Assembly: GCA_951406725.2 (NCBI GenBank)
Contig: OX597817.1
Location: 129,270,001-129,334,000 of the forward strand
Source: Octopus vulgaris
Lineage: Eukaryota
Direction of reading: 5' to 3'
DNA: 64,000 nt
Shown here: one piece after another, positions 1 through 14,855 of the stretch
How the letters are laid out: each line of letters starts with the position of its first letter
Numbering within the stretch: the stretch's first letter is position 1
Made by a program: the position numbers and the translations under genes
Notes under the pieces: model-generated
Seen by the model: only the letters and a program-made list of their open reading frames with translations
Database searches by the model: none
What the model was told of the DNA's origin: nothing

Positions 1-45
1 TATACACTATCAAACGATAACCTAAATAGGCTTACAAGTCCATAT

Positions 46-663
<618 letters not shown>

Positions 664-715
664 GGCATACATCTATATGCATATATATACTGAAACACGT
701 ACACGTGTGTATATA

Positions 716-1040
716 TCTTTTATCTTTTACTTGTTTCAGTCATTAGACGGCGGGCATATTAGATCACCATCTTGAAGAATTTTAATCGAACGAATCGACC
801 CCAGTCCATTTCTTTTAGTTTGGTACTTATTCTATCGGTCTCTAGTGGAGGGACAAACACATACGCGCGCACGTGCATACAGACACAGACACACACACAC
901 AAACACATGACTGGCTTCTTTTAGGTTTTGTCTACCAAATCCATTCACTCACAAGGCTTTGATTAACCTGAGGCTATGATAGAAGACTCTATGACGCAAG
1001 GTGCCACGCAGCGGGACTGAACTTGGAAACCTATGCCTAT
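716..1040 (-). mobile_element. SINE family A, degenerate and deleted
   Basis: Contains ttttacttgtttcagtcatt, ctaccaaatcca, caaggtgccacgcag. Confidence 0.8.
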
Positions 1041-1289
1041 ATGTGTGTGTGTGTAAATAAATATATATTTATATATAAATAGATGAGTGTATTTTTACCT
1101 TGTTACCAATTAACACGGAAAAAAAATAGTTACCAGGGCAGCAAAAATCTCACTAGTAAAGGTGTTGTAACTCCTTGTTTATAAAGGTAGAAACTTACGA
1201 TTTTTAAGCCCATTCTACTAAAAAAATTAACTAAACTATTCTTAACTTTTTGTACCTTTTGTTTGGAAATATTTTTATTCATCTATCAA

Positions 1290-2620
1290 TCCAATAGTAC
1301 TTAATAAGGCACTTTGGCTTGCTCATAACAAAGCTGGTCTCACTCGAGAAGAAATTAATGTTGTGTTGGCAGCCAGAAGATCTATTATTAAATTTGATGA
1401 TAAGTTGTGGGTCCGTAAAGACACACCAGATAGTTTCGATATACCAATGGGAAGTTCTGATTCAGCACAGATAGCTGATTTGGTATGTATATATATTCTT
1501 TTTGAAATGGCTGAAGAGTTCCCTAACATTTATGGAGGTCTATATCGTGATGATTGTTTACTTTATCTCCAAAAAAGTAAATATGACACCTTCAAAAGTA
1601 ATTACGCTATGAATACTAGTAAAAATATTTGGTTAATAATTCCTTACGGGAGACAAATTAAATCTAATCTCCCACTGCTGTTTCGTCAAGCTATTGCTAG
1701 GAATTTTCCAAACAATTCTAGATATTACTCTATTATCAATTCACATAAGGTTAGGATATGTTTTTCAAACACAAAAAATCTCTTGCAAATTATCTCTTCT
1801 CATAATAACAAACTGTTAAATATTAATACATTTACTAATACTAACATTAATTTAGCTAACACCATCCAACCCTCTAGAAATATTAATAACAAGGTTATTG
1901 TATCTGAAGTCAATTCCAATAGAATTAAGTTTATACCAGTGTATAATCAGTACTCGTAATAAAGTACGATTTTACATTGGAAGCACATCGTTAGAGTTAT
2001 CTAAAAGAATTTCTATCCATTACTCAACATTTAGGGATAGAAATAAACGGAATAGTGCCGGTCTCAGCAAACTGATTTGGGATTTAAAAGACCACAATGA
2101 ACAATTTCATTTAGAATGGTTGATTCTCTCAATTTCGATACCATATGACAAAGGCAAGAAATTCTGTCTTCTCTGCAATTCTGAGCTATTTTTCATTATT
2201 TTTTCTAAAAATATTCTAGTAAACACGGTTATAGAGCGAGCATACAGATGTAAGCATTGGCAAAAACATACATTTAGTGCATATAAGTAATCTCTATCAT
2301 TATATATAATTTAAACTTTAATTTCCTTTATATTTAACATTCACTATTAATATCCCTACTCTTTCTGTTAGCTACTTATGACGTTATATCATATAACGTT
2401 TTTTTAAACAATATTAATAGCGTTCTGTCAATCGCTATACAAATCCATCATTTTTTGCTAAAATGTCTTATTGACGAGTTTCGGTTTTTTCACTTTCCTG
2501 AGAAGATTACATTGTTTATACCATTTATTCTTTTGAATAGTATCAGTGGAATTTTCGAAACATGTGTCGAAAGTAAAAATATTTGATTACACCTGCGTTA
2601 AACTCCATTTATTTATTCAT
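1290..2620 (+). mobile_element. Penelope-like element, internally deleted: RT fragment, GIY-YIG endonuclease and 3' region
   Basis: ORF 1363-1959 has FDIPMGSSDSAQIADLV and GGLYRDD (PLE RT motifs); ORF 1898-2290 has LYQC..FYIGST..KRIS.H..LSKLIWDLK..W.IL..PY..CLLCNSE (PLE GIY-YIG); flanked by (TA)n. Confidence 0.9.
2492..2574 (+). ncRNA. Degenerate type-I hammerhead ribozyme in PLE 3' region
   Basis: Stem I actttc/gaaagt; core CTGA apparently missing 3 nt; long stem II gaagattacattg/cagtggaattttc; GAAAC ATGT GTC. Confidence 0.55.
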
Positions 2621-2643
2621 ATATATTTATATATATATATATT

Positions 2644-3040
2644 ATTCTTTTACTTGTTTCAGTCTTTTAACTGCAGCCAGGCTTGAGCACCACCTTCTAG
2701 TCGAACAAATCGACCCCAGGACTTATTCTTTGTATGTCTAGTACCTATTCTATCGGTCTTTTTTTTGCCGAACCGCTAAGTTATGGGGGCGTAAACACAT
2801 TAACATCGGTTGTCAAGCGATGTTGAGGGGGACAAACACAGACACACAAACACACACACACACACTCACACACACATACACATATATATATATATATACA
2901 TATATACGATGAGCTTCTTTCAGTTTCTGTCTACCAAATCCACTCACAAGGTTTTGGTGCCAAGGTGCCACGCAGTGGGACTGAACCCGGAACCATGTGG
3001 TTGGTAAACAAGCTACTTATCGCACAGCCACTCCTGCGCC
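2644..3040 (-). mobile_element. SINE family A
   Basis: Near full-length match to the family; between TA tracts. Confidence 0.9.
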
Positions 3041-3071
<31 letters not shown>

Positions 3072-3072
3072 G

Positions 3073-3148
<76 letters not shown>

Positions 3149-3739
3149 CATATATATATACATATATATACATATATATATATATATACATACATGCATG
3201 CATACATACATGTATACATGCATACATGCATGCATACATACATGCATACATACATACATATATGCATATGTGTGTGCGTGAGTGTGTGTGTGTGTGTGTG
3301 TACGAGTATGTATAAATGTACCAGTAAAAAGTATGAAGCACCCTTCAGCAAATCGTAACAGCAACAACAACAACAACAACAACAACAACACCAACAACAA
3401 ATCTTCAACAATAGCAAACTGCGAAAGTACCAGTCACGACAAAAGACGATGGCGGCAACAAGATCATTAACAACGGCTACAGTAACACCAACAGCAACAA
3501 CAATACTAAAAAGTACAGAAAACGCGAGAAAATTGATATTAAACGAGGATGACAAATGAATAATCCATTAAAGAATAACAGCAATAACTAATTCAATATT
3601 AAAAAGTAACAACAATAAGAAAGTGACAAAGACTGAGGCTTTCTTCATTTATTAATTATTGATATAGATAACCTTACAATATTATTTGATTTTTATCTAC
3701 TTTCTCTTGTTCTTCTTACTCTTTCCAACTATCTTTTTA

Positions 3740-4360
<621 letters not shown>

Positions 4361-4985
4361 AATCTATTTGTATCCGTGTCTCGATTGTTTATATGTGTGT
4401 GTGCTCGACCACGTGCAAAATACTCCGACTATAGCAATGACTAGTGGTTCACAGTCTGTTTGTGGTTTGGAAACATTCGAATCCTGACTTGTAATGAACT
4501 TGAAGTTGGAAAACCAACAGTAGCTGCCTATTTAAGTGGATTTAAAAAACTGGGTTCAGGCATGGCTTTGTGGTTAAGAATTTCGTTTTGCAGCCATGAG
4601 GTTTCGGGAGCAATCCCAGCAGCACGGTATCTTAGGCAAGTGTTCTCTAATATATATACCCACGCAGAAAACTTTGAAATTTCTGGTCTGGTATCCAGAT
4701 GTGCATTTAGCTTACAAGGATAGGCTGAAACCTAAAGCGTGGCAAAGGCTACTAACCCAGTTGATGGAGAGGTCTATGTAGTTGTGATCAATCCTAGACA
4801 GCGTAGACGCTATCACTCGAAAATATTTAGTATACAACATCTGGAGCAGAGAAAGAGAGGTCTGCATCAGCAATGCGTTGGTAGTCATTTGCATGTAAAC
4901 TGGAGCAACATGAAGCGACTCACAGCCCGGAAAGAGGACCTTCACCTTCAATAACCACTAGACCACGCGAGTCTATACCTATATA

Positions 4986-5040
<55 letters not shown>

Positions 5041-5045
<5 letters not shown>

Positions 5046-5447
5046 TTAGGGAATAAATCCAAACTTACAGGGAAAAATCAGATTTAGGATTGAATCCAAT
5101 TTTATAGTAAAATATTATATTATATTAAATTAGAGATAAAACCACTATTAGGCAAATCATACAATGAAAAACTTAAGCCAATACATAAGATTATTTAATT
5201 TATATTATTTAAATATAAAACAAAATTATTAAACCTCGCCAAGTTAAATATTTAAACCACCTGATGAATGACTGTAACTCGAAAATTTAAAGAAATTAAC
5301 AGCCATGAAACGATCGTAGTATTATATTAATTATATTTTTTTAATAATTTTGTTTTATATTTAAGTAATATAAATTAAATAATCTTATGTATTGGCTTAA
5401 GTTTTTCATTGTATGATTTGCCTAATAGTGGTTTTATCTCTAATTTA

Positions 5448-5456
<9 letters not shown>
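5041..5456. mobile_element. PLE-derived fold-back element in (TA)n with central hammerhead motif
   Basis: About 5119-5233 is inverted at about 5338-5456; same family at 20313-20530 and 59555-59630. Confidence 0.75.
5257..5320 (+). ncRNA. Hammerhead ribozyme motif (type I, minimal)
   Basis: ccac CTGATGA atgactgt...acagccat GAAA CGATC GTA gt; palindromic ACGATCGT stem III; stem I eroded to 2 bp. Confidence 0.7.
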
Positions 5457-5501
<45 letters not shown>

Positions 5502-5508
<7 letters not shown>

Positions 5509-5742
5509 ATGAAGTGACCGACTAGGCTTCGCATTGTTTTATCCTTCAAATGACGCCACCCCGTTAGGTAAGCGAACAGGCCAACAGAAGAAAGAGCGAG
5601 AGAAGGTTGTAGCGAAAGAGTACAGTAGGGATCGCCACCCCCCTTGCCGGAGCCACGTGGAACTTTAGATATTTTCGCTCAATAAACACTCACAACGCCC
5701 GGTCTGGGAATCGAAATCGCGATCCTACGACCGCGAGTCCGC
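5502..5742 (-). mobile_element. tRNA-derived SINE, family D
   Basis: Homologous to 59850-60078 and 6456-6622; B-box-like TTTCGATTCCC on the minus strand. Confidence 0.75.
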
Positions 5743-6720
5743 GAGTCGTGGTTTCAGTTCCTAGACCGGATTGTGCTTTGTGTTCTTGTGCAAAATACTT
5801 CACACGTTGCTCTGCGATCACTTCAATACCTGACGCGTAGTACACCATGCATCTGCTCAAGAAACATCGACTTAATGGAGAGTGTGAGCTAATGTGTGGC
5901 ACGAACATTTGTAGTTGGTGTTGTTTGTTCCTTCTTGAGCCATTCCTGGCTCATAAGTACTGGTTTCCCGGTTTCATTGGCGTATAGATTCCGCACCTGG
6001 ACGGGACGTCGGTCCGTCGCGGATGAGCTGGTAGATGTAGGAGGAAAGAGTGAAGGAGAGAGGCGTAGGAGTAGCTTGCTTACCAACCACATATTTCTGG
6101 GTTCAGTCCTACTGCGTGGCACCTTGGGCAAGTGTCTTCTCCTATAGCCTAGGGCCGACCAAACCTTGTGAGTGGATTTGGGAGACGGAAACTGAAAGAA
6201 GCCCGTCGTATATTTGTATATATGTATATATATACGTATGTGTGTGTATACGTTTGTGTGTCTGTTTTTGTCCTCCCAACATCGCTTGACAACCGATGCT
6301 GGTGTGTTACGTCCCCGTAACTTAGCGGTTCGGTAAAAGAGACCGATGGAATAAGTACTAGGCTTAAAAAGAATAAGTCCTGGGGTCGATTTGCTAGACT
6401 AAAGGCGGTTGCTCCAGCATGGCCACAGTCAAATGCCTGAAACAAGTAAAAGAGATATTTTGTGGCGAAAGTGTCAGCAGAAGTTCGCCATTACCTTCTG
6501 CCGGAGCCGTTTGGAGCTTAGTTGCTTCGCTCATAGACACACACATCGTCCGGTCTGAGATTCGAACCCGCGATCCCTCAAACGCGTGTCCGCTGCTCTA
6601 ACCACTAGGCTATGTGCCTCCACGAACATTTGATCGCAATAAACAAATCATTTACGCAGGTCGTTCGGCAAATACTGAACACTCATGTGTCGTCTTCGAC
6701 GGGAGAGTCCATTGTTATTT
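5743..6720. mobile_element. Nested SINEs: family C-like (+) containing family D-like (-, 5912-6622) containing family A (+, 6061-6455)
   Basis: TSD cacgaacatttg at 5900-5911 and 6621-6632; family A copy splits the minus-strand element. Confidence 0.75.
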
Positions 6721-6830
6721 TCGTTACTAGCAACAGAAGCAGTATTAATACCAGAAAAAACCCCCAATATTATGTCCAACTTAACGCGGGTGTTTCCATA
6801 GAACACCGAATACTGCGGTATTTACCTTAG

Positions 6831-7068
6831 GGCGGCGAGCTGGCAGAAACGTTAGCACGCCGGGCGAAATGCGTAGCCGTATTTCGTCCGCCGTTAAGTT
6901 CTGAGTTCAAATTCCGCCGAGGTCGACTTTGCCTTTCATCCTTTCGGGGTTGATTAAATAAGTACCAGTTACGCAATGGAGCCGATTTAATCGACTTAAT
7001 CCATTTGTCTGTCCTTGTTTGTTCTCTCTGTGTTTAGCCCCTTGTGGGTAGTAAAGAAATAGGTATTT
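6831..7068 (+). mobile_element. tRNA-related SINE, family B (core GCCTTTCATCCTTTCGGGGTCGAT..AAGTACCAG), tail type 3
   Basis: Head ggcggcgagctggcagaaacgttag, B-box-like GAGTTCAAATTC; 13-bp TSD ggtatttacctta at 6817-6829 and 7062-7074. Confidence 0.9.
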
Positions 7069-7674
7069 ACCTTAAACGTTTTTCGCATATAGTGAATGGT
7101 GCAGGAAATTACACGTGTTTATATTGTTGGCAACGGAAGGATCGTCTCCAATGGGCGCCGGAACTGCGAGATCACGTGATTCCGACTTACTACGTCTTCT
7201 CATTGGCAGGTGCCAGCTCGCTGCATACCAGCCAAATATCACTGCCAACAACATATAAAAATTCCAGTTACTTTTCAGGTAGTACTGTCGTAAATAGCCA
7301 GCAGACATATTAAAAAATAATTATTAGCGTCATAAGCAATATAGATAACAAAAGGCAATCTTTATATCCAGTTTAACGTGGATGTTTTCGTATATTTGGC
7401 GTTCTAACAATGTGTGTGTTTGTGTGTGTGTGTTTGTGTCTGTGTGAGTGCGTATACAAAGAGGGTGTATGTGTGTGTGTGTGTGTGTGTATAGAAAGAG
7501 TGTGTGTATAGAAAAAATATGTGTATAGAAAGAGAGACAGAGTGAGGCGGAGAGAGAATGAGAGTGGGAGATGCATAAATAAATAAATAGAAGAACAATT
7601 CCAACTCGCCCCTCTCTATGCCACCATTTCTTCTGTTTCCCTATTGCTGTTCTTGTTGTTTACGTGATTGGTAT

Positions 7675-7903
7675 TGGCAGAAACGTTAGCATGCCGGGCG
7701 AAATGCTTAGCAGTATTTCGTCTGCCGTTACGTTCTGAGTTCAAATTCCGCCGAGGTCGACTTTGCCTTTCATCCTTTCGGGGTCGATAAATTAAGTACC
7801 AGTTACGCACTGGGGTCGATATAATCGACTTAATCCGTTTGTCTGTCCTTGTTTGTCCTCCCTTCTATGTTTAGACCCTTGTGGGTAGTAAAGAAATAGG
7901 TAT
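7675..7903 (+). mobile_element. SINE family B
   Basis: Matches the 6831 copy; ggtat at both ends. Confidence 0.88.
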
Positions 7904-7917
7904 AGTTTTTGTTATTG

Positions 7918-7951
<34 letters not shown>

Positions 7952-8084
7952 AGCGGACTTGCAACCAGTGGATGATGATTATGATGATGATGACGACGAT
8001 GACGATCTCGATGATGGCGAAGATGGCGATAGTAGTGGTGGCGGTGGGGTGGTGGATGTGATGTTGGTGAGGAAAAATGTTGAA

Positions 8085-8095
8085 TAATAATAATG

Positions 8096-8144
<49 letters not shown>

Positions 8145-8159
8145 GAAGAAGAAGAAGAA

Positions 8160-8200
<41 letters not shown>

Positions 8201-8451
8201 AATGAATTGATGATGTTCAGGTGATGTAATGTGTCACTCTAGACAGAACTGAACGGAAGCAATGCAGCGTGCAACGGCGGTAGTAGGTGGGGGAAGTTTC
8301 TGTTTAAGCATTGACAGTAATTTTTGTTGTCGTTGTTGTTGTTGTTGTCACTGCTACTGCTGTTGTTTCTATTGCTGCTGTTGTTTCTATTGCTGCTGTT
8401 GTTTTTGTAGCTGCGGATGCTGTTTTTGTTCCTGCTGTTGCTGTTGTTATA

Positions 8452-8482
<31 letters not shown>

Positions 8483-8570
8483 ACGACGACGACGACGACG
8501 ACACGACGATGACGACGAGGACGACGACGACAACATCACCATCATCATCATCATCATCATCATCATCCCC
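8085..8570. repeat. Compound trinucleotide repeats (TAA/GAA/GAT/GTT/GAC/CAT)
   Basis: Direct. Confidence 0.9.
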
Positions 8571-8879
8571 ATCTTCATGAGGAGAAGGGCGATGACGTTC
8601 GTAGTGATAATTACAATGATGAAGCGTTCGAAGAATTTTAAAATGCATCCATTCAATTTTTTTCTTCACAAAAGACGACGAAGAAATAGACAAACGAGAT
8701 CAAGCAAAAATGAAATACTATCTCATTAGCAACAACAAAAAACAAAAAAAAACAAAAAAAGAAAAACAGGTCTTTCGTTTAATTCTTACTTGCATCACAT
8801 TGCGAGAAATGTGATGGTTACTAATGCGAATATAAAATCTGAAATATCTCAAAGCTGGAGTGAAAATGAAAATATAATG

Positions 8880-9290
8880 GTTTCGAGAATTAGCGCACGG
8901 AGTTGATCATATCGACCCCAGTGTTCAGCTGGTGCTTATTGTATCGATTCGGAAAGCATGAAAGGCGGAATTTGAACTCCAAACGTAAAGAACTGGAAGA
9001 AATGCTGTTAGGTATTTCTTTCATCCGATGCGCACACGATTCTGCCGGCTCGCCGCCTTAAAATGAAAGTATAATCTTATCTAATCTATTGTACAAGGAC
9101 CGAAATTTTGGGGGCGGGGGCCAGTCGATTAGATTGACCTCAGTATGCAACTGGTACTTAATTTATCGACCTCGAAAGGATGAAGGGCAAAGTCAACCTC
9201 GGCGGAATTTGAATTCAGAGCGTAAAGACAGACGAAATACCGCTAAGCATTTCGCTCGGCGTGCTAACGTTTCTGCCAGCTCGTTGCCTT
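8880..9290 (-). mobile_element. Two head-to-tail SINE family B copies
   Basis: Core on the minus strand twice; target aaatgaa.(g/a)tataat present three times (about 8864, 9061, 9292). Confidence 0.85.
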
Positions 9291-10442
9291 TAAATGAATG
9301 TATAATGGGAAAGAGGGAGGCATATAACTTCACCGAGTACTGAAATCGCTCTGCAGACATGGTTTGCCGGTTTTCCGGTTCGTCGGCTAGCCGGTTCGTC
9401 GATATAGCAGTTCGATGGAAACTTTCAAACCAGTCTACGGTGAATGTACCAGTTCTGGAAACAACTTCCTATGACAGTATAGATTATATACACTTTTAAA
9501 AATCATGGTAAAACATCGGAGAAAATGATTAGTGCTTTCCATTATAAGTTCACACTTTACTGAGAATGGATTTGCTTTTCAACATCTAGGGCCTTGTAGA
9601 CAAGTAGTGAAGTCCATATAATTCAATATAGTGTTTTCTTCCAAATATATGGCTTTGAGCCTGTTAACGATCATATTCAGTGTAATTAACGTAAGAGAAA
9701 CAGTATACCCTCGATACTAAAGAGGTACATTAGACTGAAACATAGCCATTATTGTGCTAAGGCTGCAAACAAAGATCAGGCTTCCCGCTAAATGTTGGAG
9801 AGATTTATTCTTTCACAAATAAATTCTATAAAATATTAAATTTGTAGGAATTTAATTTCTTACAATTTCTTAAAATTATCACCCTTTTTCTTTGGGAGTC
9901 ACTAACAATTACTGGTAGGTTTTTTGTTTTCTTTCCCCAAATGTGATGGAAATTTCAATAAATAAAAACCATTTTGTATTCGAAATATATTTAGTTTAGC
10001 TTCTTTATATAATGAGTTCAAATCCTGCTTAAACAACATCTATATTAACAACATCACTACAACGAACTTCAGCGCTCTGTCGAATGACCGAATGACCTAT
10101 AAGAAACAGTTGCCAAATTTTCTCAAATGCGCTCTCTTTTCTTAAGGAAAACGACACACAATGAACCAAGTAGTCAGTAATATATAAAAGGGTATTTTGA
10201 ACGAATGGTCACGTCTAGAAACATTGAATAATGTGAGTCCTACGACTGAAATACCTCTTATCAAAGGTTTACTCCATCAGTGATGACCTGGCGCTAAACA
10301 ATAATAATCCTATAATTATTTGTTAATTAATTAAATATATAACTAATTAATTGAACATATATGTATACACACACATACACGCACAAACTTATTAATCGTT
10401 CATATTAATGTTGATGTCGTTGATTAACACTCCTCCTACAAA

Positions 10443-10732
10443 CACCACCACCACCACCACCACCACCACCACCACCACCACCACAGTAACACTGACAACA
10501 ACGACGATGACAACAACTATGCTATTAATGTGTTATAATTACCCCTGCCGCGTTCCTAATTGTTCTTTTATTGATGCTCTTTTTCAGCCAGTTATGTATT
10601 GTTAATCATCATCATCACCACCACCACCACCACCACCACCACCACCACCACCACCACCACCACTACCACCACCACCACCACCACCACCACCACCACCACC
10701 ACCACCACCACCACCACCACCACCACCACCAC
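10443..10732. repeat. (CAC)n tracts
   Basis: Direct; source of the poly-H/poly-T ORFs. Confidence 0.95.
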
Positions 10733-11199
10733 TTGTCATTTGTTTACTTATTTATGCACTTGTTTTTGCTGTCTATCTCAAATGAAAGAAAAACAGATTT
10801 GTTTTTTCTTGTTTGTCTTGCATTTTGTTGGCAAGAACCGGGAGGAAGGCACTCGCTCCTTGGTGTGTGAGGGTAATCCATATACATGTGCGAGTATGTG
10901 TGTTGTGTGTGTGTGTGTGTGTACATGTGTGTGTATGGAGAATGCTCCGAATCACCCTATGTGGCTACTGCCCCCACAGTCATTTTCAGAATCCTTTCTT
11001 GTTTTGTTCTTCTATATTGCCATTGCTATTCTTTCTTATCTATTATTCATTAACATGTCTTTATTATTAATGTTCAAATCAACCTTTTACTTCATTTCCC
11101 ACTGTCTTCTTTTATTTATATATTTATTTCACATTTGTACTGTCCCCTACATGTTGGCTCCGTGTAGCCAATAAAAAGAAATTATCATCATTATAAGTT

Positions 11200-11410
11200 G
11201 GATTGGCATAATCGTTAGAGCGTCGGAAATAGTGCCGTAAGTAATTATTCCGGCTCTTTACGTTCTGAGTTCAATTCTCGCTGCAATGTACTTTGCCTTT
11301 CATCCTTCCTATCAATAAAATAAAGAACGAATCAAGTACTGTAGAAGACAATATCAACTAAATCTGCCACTCACTTTAAATTGTAGCTTTGTGCCTCAAT
11401 CAGGAACCAT
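11200..11410 (+). mobile_element. SINE family B, degenerate
   Basis: acgttctgagttcaattc..tttgcctttcatccttc..gtgcctcaat. Confidence 0.7.
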
Positions 11411-12720
11411 TCTCCAGATTAGTAGCGTTTATGTCCCAACAGAGGCGAAACGGGTGGATTTCTTCCGGCGTCTAGAGGTCCTTTTAGGATTCTCTCGCGC
11501 TTTTGGGCTACTGGGTAATTGGAGCACCATCTTACATGTATACTTGGACAGGGTAGGTTCAACTCATAGGTGAAATGGGTGCAAAAGTTTCACAAACCTG
11601 TTTACACATTTCCAGCTGTCTAATAGGTACTGACTGGATTTCTCGAATGTAACAATTTGTCTATGGACAAACAGCAATGGGTCATCCAGGTCGTATCTAT
11701 ACAGAGTATTCTCTAAGTTAGCAGACAAATATAAAATAGGTTGTCAGCATTTTAAAATTATTGACTACACAAGCTACAAATTTGTGACCTGTACGGCCGA
11801 TCTACATAGGCTTCCTGGAAGCTGAACATGTCACTCTCTGTGCACCATGCTTATAGAGACCGAATTTGGGAATTAGTTAAAAGGGCCCTGACAGGTGCAA
11901 TCGTCAATAACGAGTGATAGTTTGCCATAGAGAGGTGCTTAGGAAACGCATCGCAACTGATATGCACAAAACACAAACGCAGTGCTGTCAGGTGCGAGTT
12001 CTATAACACGAGCGAACGAAAGCTGTTCGATGGGTTCGAGCAATATAAGAACAACAAGGCCACAATTCCATATTTAGTGGACTATGATGAGTGCATGTAA
12101 TCGATTCCAAACAGATGTGTACGAATTTTCAGCTGCTCTTTGCTCAACTATTCGGGACGAGTGGCGGCCATATCGCAGGAGGGGTTACAATGGTTGCCTC
12201 TCGGCAACGAATGTAGATTATTGCTGAAAGCTGATAATAGCTATCAAGAAACATCAACTGATGGCTAACAGCACGGAGATGGGGGTAAATCGTCTGGTTT
12301 GGATGGTTTTTCTTACGAGCTTTACCTTTATATTCCCAGAAATGAGTCGAGAGAAAGCTACACAGGAAAGCTCGTGCAAAAGAATCTATATCGCATACAT
12401 CATCTGTTACTGTCTTGCTGTTGTGCACTGCTTCAGTTCTGTCAGTTCTGCATTTTGTGCATAGAACGTATTCCACTGGTCAGGCGCTCCATCTGAGAAT
12501 TCCGTGGCTGATGATGCGCAGGCCTGCATTGACGCTGCGGTATCTCCTGCATGTTCTCGGCAATAAACATGCGTTTACGCCGTTTGTCAGATACGTATTC
12601 CCACAACTCGTCTCTTTGACAGTGAGGTAGTCCTGGGTCAAGCAAAGAAGCGATTGGCACTTAGACTGTTGTCAAGATCTTACAGCTGTCTACCAATCAG
12701 GCAATGTGGGAAGTGAAAGT
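11411..12720 (+). pseudogene. Degenerate L1/Tx1-like non-LTR ORF2 (APE endonuclease and RT remnants)
   Basis: VYVPTEAKRVDFFRRL, WTNSNGSSRSYL, WKLNMS (APE region); GKSSGLDGFSYELY (RT domain 0); IPWLMMRRPAL; many stops and frameshifts. Confidence 0.65.
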
Positions 12721-12735
12721 TCCACGTCGGCGTTA

Positions 12736-12918
12736 TACACGAGGTGGTGCTGTAAAGTTCATAGCTTTCGATAAAAGAAACCCCCTCTCAGATTCACACA
12801 CTCATTGAAGTATTCCTTCAGTTTTTCTAATACCTGTAAAAGAACTCGGAAGATTGGGCCTCCAACGAAACCTTTTATGATACCCTTACAGCCAGGAACT
12901 TTTCAACATCCTCGCATA
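12736..12918. mobile_element. Mariner-type MITE
   Basis: Imperfect TIRs cgaggtggtgctgtaaagttcatagct / agccaggaacttttcaacatcctcg, TA at the ends. Confidence 0.6.
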
Positions 12919-13159
12919 GAAGATTAGTAGCGAGAAAAACTGATGACATTCTTGGGGAAAACACTGAGCGTCGATGAAAATCAACAAACTGGTCTGATCC
13001 GCAGGTCTTTCAGGCTTGGGTGCGTATTTCACTTTCAGATACCTCAGATATGGAACTGGCGTCAACCTGGTATGTCTGTGATGAACGCAGAGAACGAAAT
13101 CATTCTGCACAGACAGTTTCTCTTTGGTCAAGCTGTGATGGAATTTTCAAGTTTCACTT

Positions 13160-14202
13160 GAAATTCTAAGTTCCAGCCCCGCCGACATCGACTTTTTCTT
13201 TCATTTTATCAAGGACCAATCAAGTACTGGGCCGATGTAATCAACTTACCCCTCCCACTAAAATTTCTGACTGTATGCCAAAATTTGAAATCACTATCCT
13301 CCTCGTCATCGTCGTCATCATCATCATCATCATCATAAGCAGCAGCAGCAGCAGCAAGTTAGAAGAATAGTTACTGCGCCGGAAATAAAGCTTAGCGGAT
13401 TTCTTCCGGCTCTTCACGTTCTGATTTCAAATTCTACTGAAGTCGATTTTGCTTTTCATCTTTTGGGGGTCAATGAAATAAGTGCGAATTAAACACTACT
13501 GTCAAATGTAATCGACTAGCCCCTTCCCCTAAGATTTTAGGGTTATTATAATTATTAAGGCGGCGAGCTGGCAGAAACGTTAGCACGCCGGGCGAAATGC
13601 GTAACCGTATTTCGTCTGCCGTTACGTTCTGAGTTCAAATTCCGCCGAGGTCGACTTCGCCTTTCATCTTTTCGGGGTCGATAAATTCAGTACCAATTAC
13701 GCACTGGGGTCGATATAATCGACTTAATCCGTTTGTCTATCCTTGTTTGTCCTCCCTGTGTTTATCTCCTTGTGGGTAGTAAAGAAATAGGTATTTCGTC
13801 TGCCGCTATGTTCTGATATCAAATTCTGCCGTGGTCAAATATTCCTTTCATCCTTTCGCAATCGATAAATTAAGTACCAGTTGAGTACTGAGGTCGATGT
13901 ATTCGACGTAACCTCCCACCCCAAATTTCAGGCCTTATACCTTTAATAGAAAGGTTTATTATTATTATCACTATTATTAAGGCAGCAATCAGGCAGAATC
14001 GTTAAAACGCAGGACGAGATGTTTAGCGGCATTTCGTCCGTCTTTTTGTTCTCAGTTCAAATTCTGCTGAGGTCGACTTTGCCTTTCATCCTTTCGGAGT
14101 CGATAGATTAAGTACCAGTGAAATACTGAGGTCAATGTCATCGACTTAGCCCCTTTACACAAATTTCAAGCCTTGTGCCTATTGTAGAAAGGATTATTAT
14201 TA

Positions 14203-14237
<35 letters not shown>

Positions 14238-14855
14238 AAGCGGTGAACTGGCAGTATCGTTAGCACTATCAGTTATCTTTAGCCGGGTAAAATGCTTAGC
14301 AGCATTTCGTCCGCCTCTACATTCTGAGTTGAAATTCCGCCGAGGTCCACTTTGCATTTCATTCTTTTGAGGTTAGTAAAATAAGTACGAGTTGAACACT
14401 AGGGTCGATATAGTAGACTTATCTCTCTCCCCTAAACTTGCTGGCTTTGTGCTAAAATTTGAAACCCGAGGTGGCGAGATGGCAGAAACGTTAGTACGCC
14501 GGGCGAAATGCTTTGCGGTATTTCGTCTGTCGTTACGTTCTGAGTTCGAATTCTGCCGAGGTCAACTTTGCCTTTCATCCTTTCGAGATCGATTAAATAA
14601 GTACCAGTTACGCACTGGGGGCGATATAATCGACTTAATTCGTTTGTCTGTCCTTGTTTGTCCCTTCTGTGTGTAGCCCCTTATGGTCAGTAAAGAAATA
14701 GGTATTTTGTCTGTTTTTACCTTCTGAGTTCAAATTCCAACGCGGTCGACCATGTCTTTTATCATTTCGAGGTATCAGTCAAGTACTGGGGTCGATGTAA
14801 TCGACTTTCACCCTCTCCCAGTCTTGGTAACCTTGTGCCAAAATTTGAAACTTTT
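13160..14855 (+). mobile_element. Head-to-tail cluster of about 6 SINE family B copies (two dimeric), several separated by (TTA)n
   Basis: Heads at about 13355, 13558, 13979, 14238, 14469; repeated core; three alternative tails. Confidence 0.9.

Noticed and set aside
4660-4960. Possible RTE-like LINE 3' relic (YKDRLK..WQRL)
   Set aside because: Too degenerate to support
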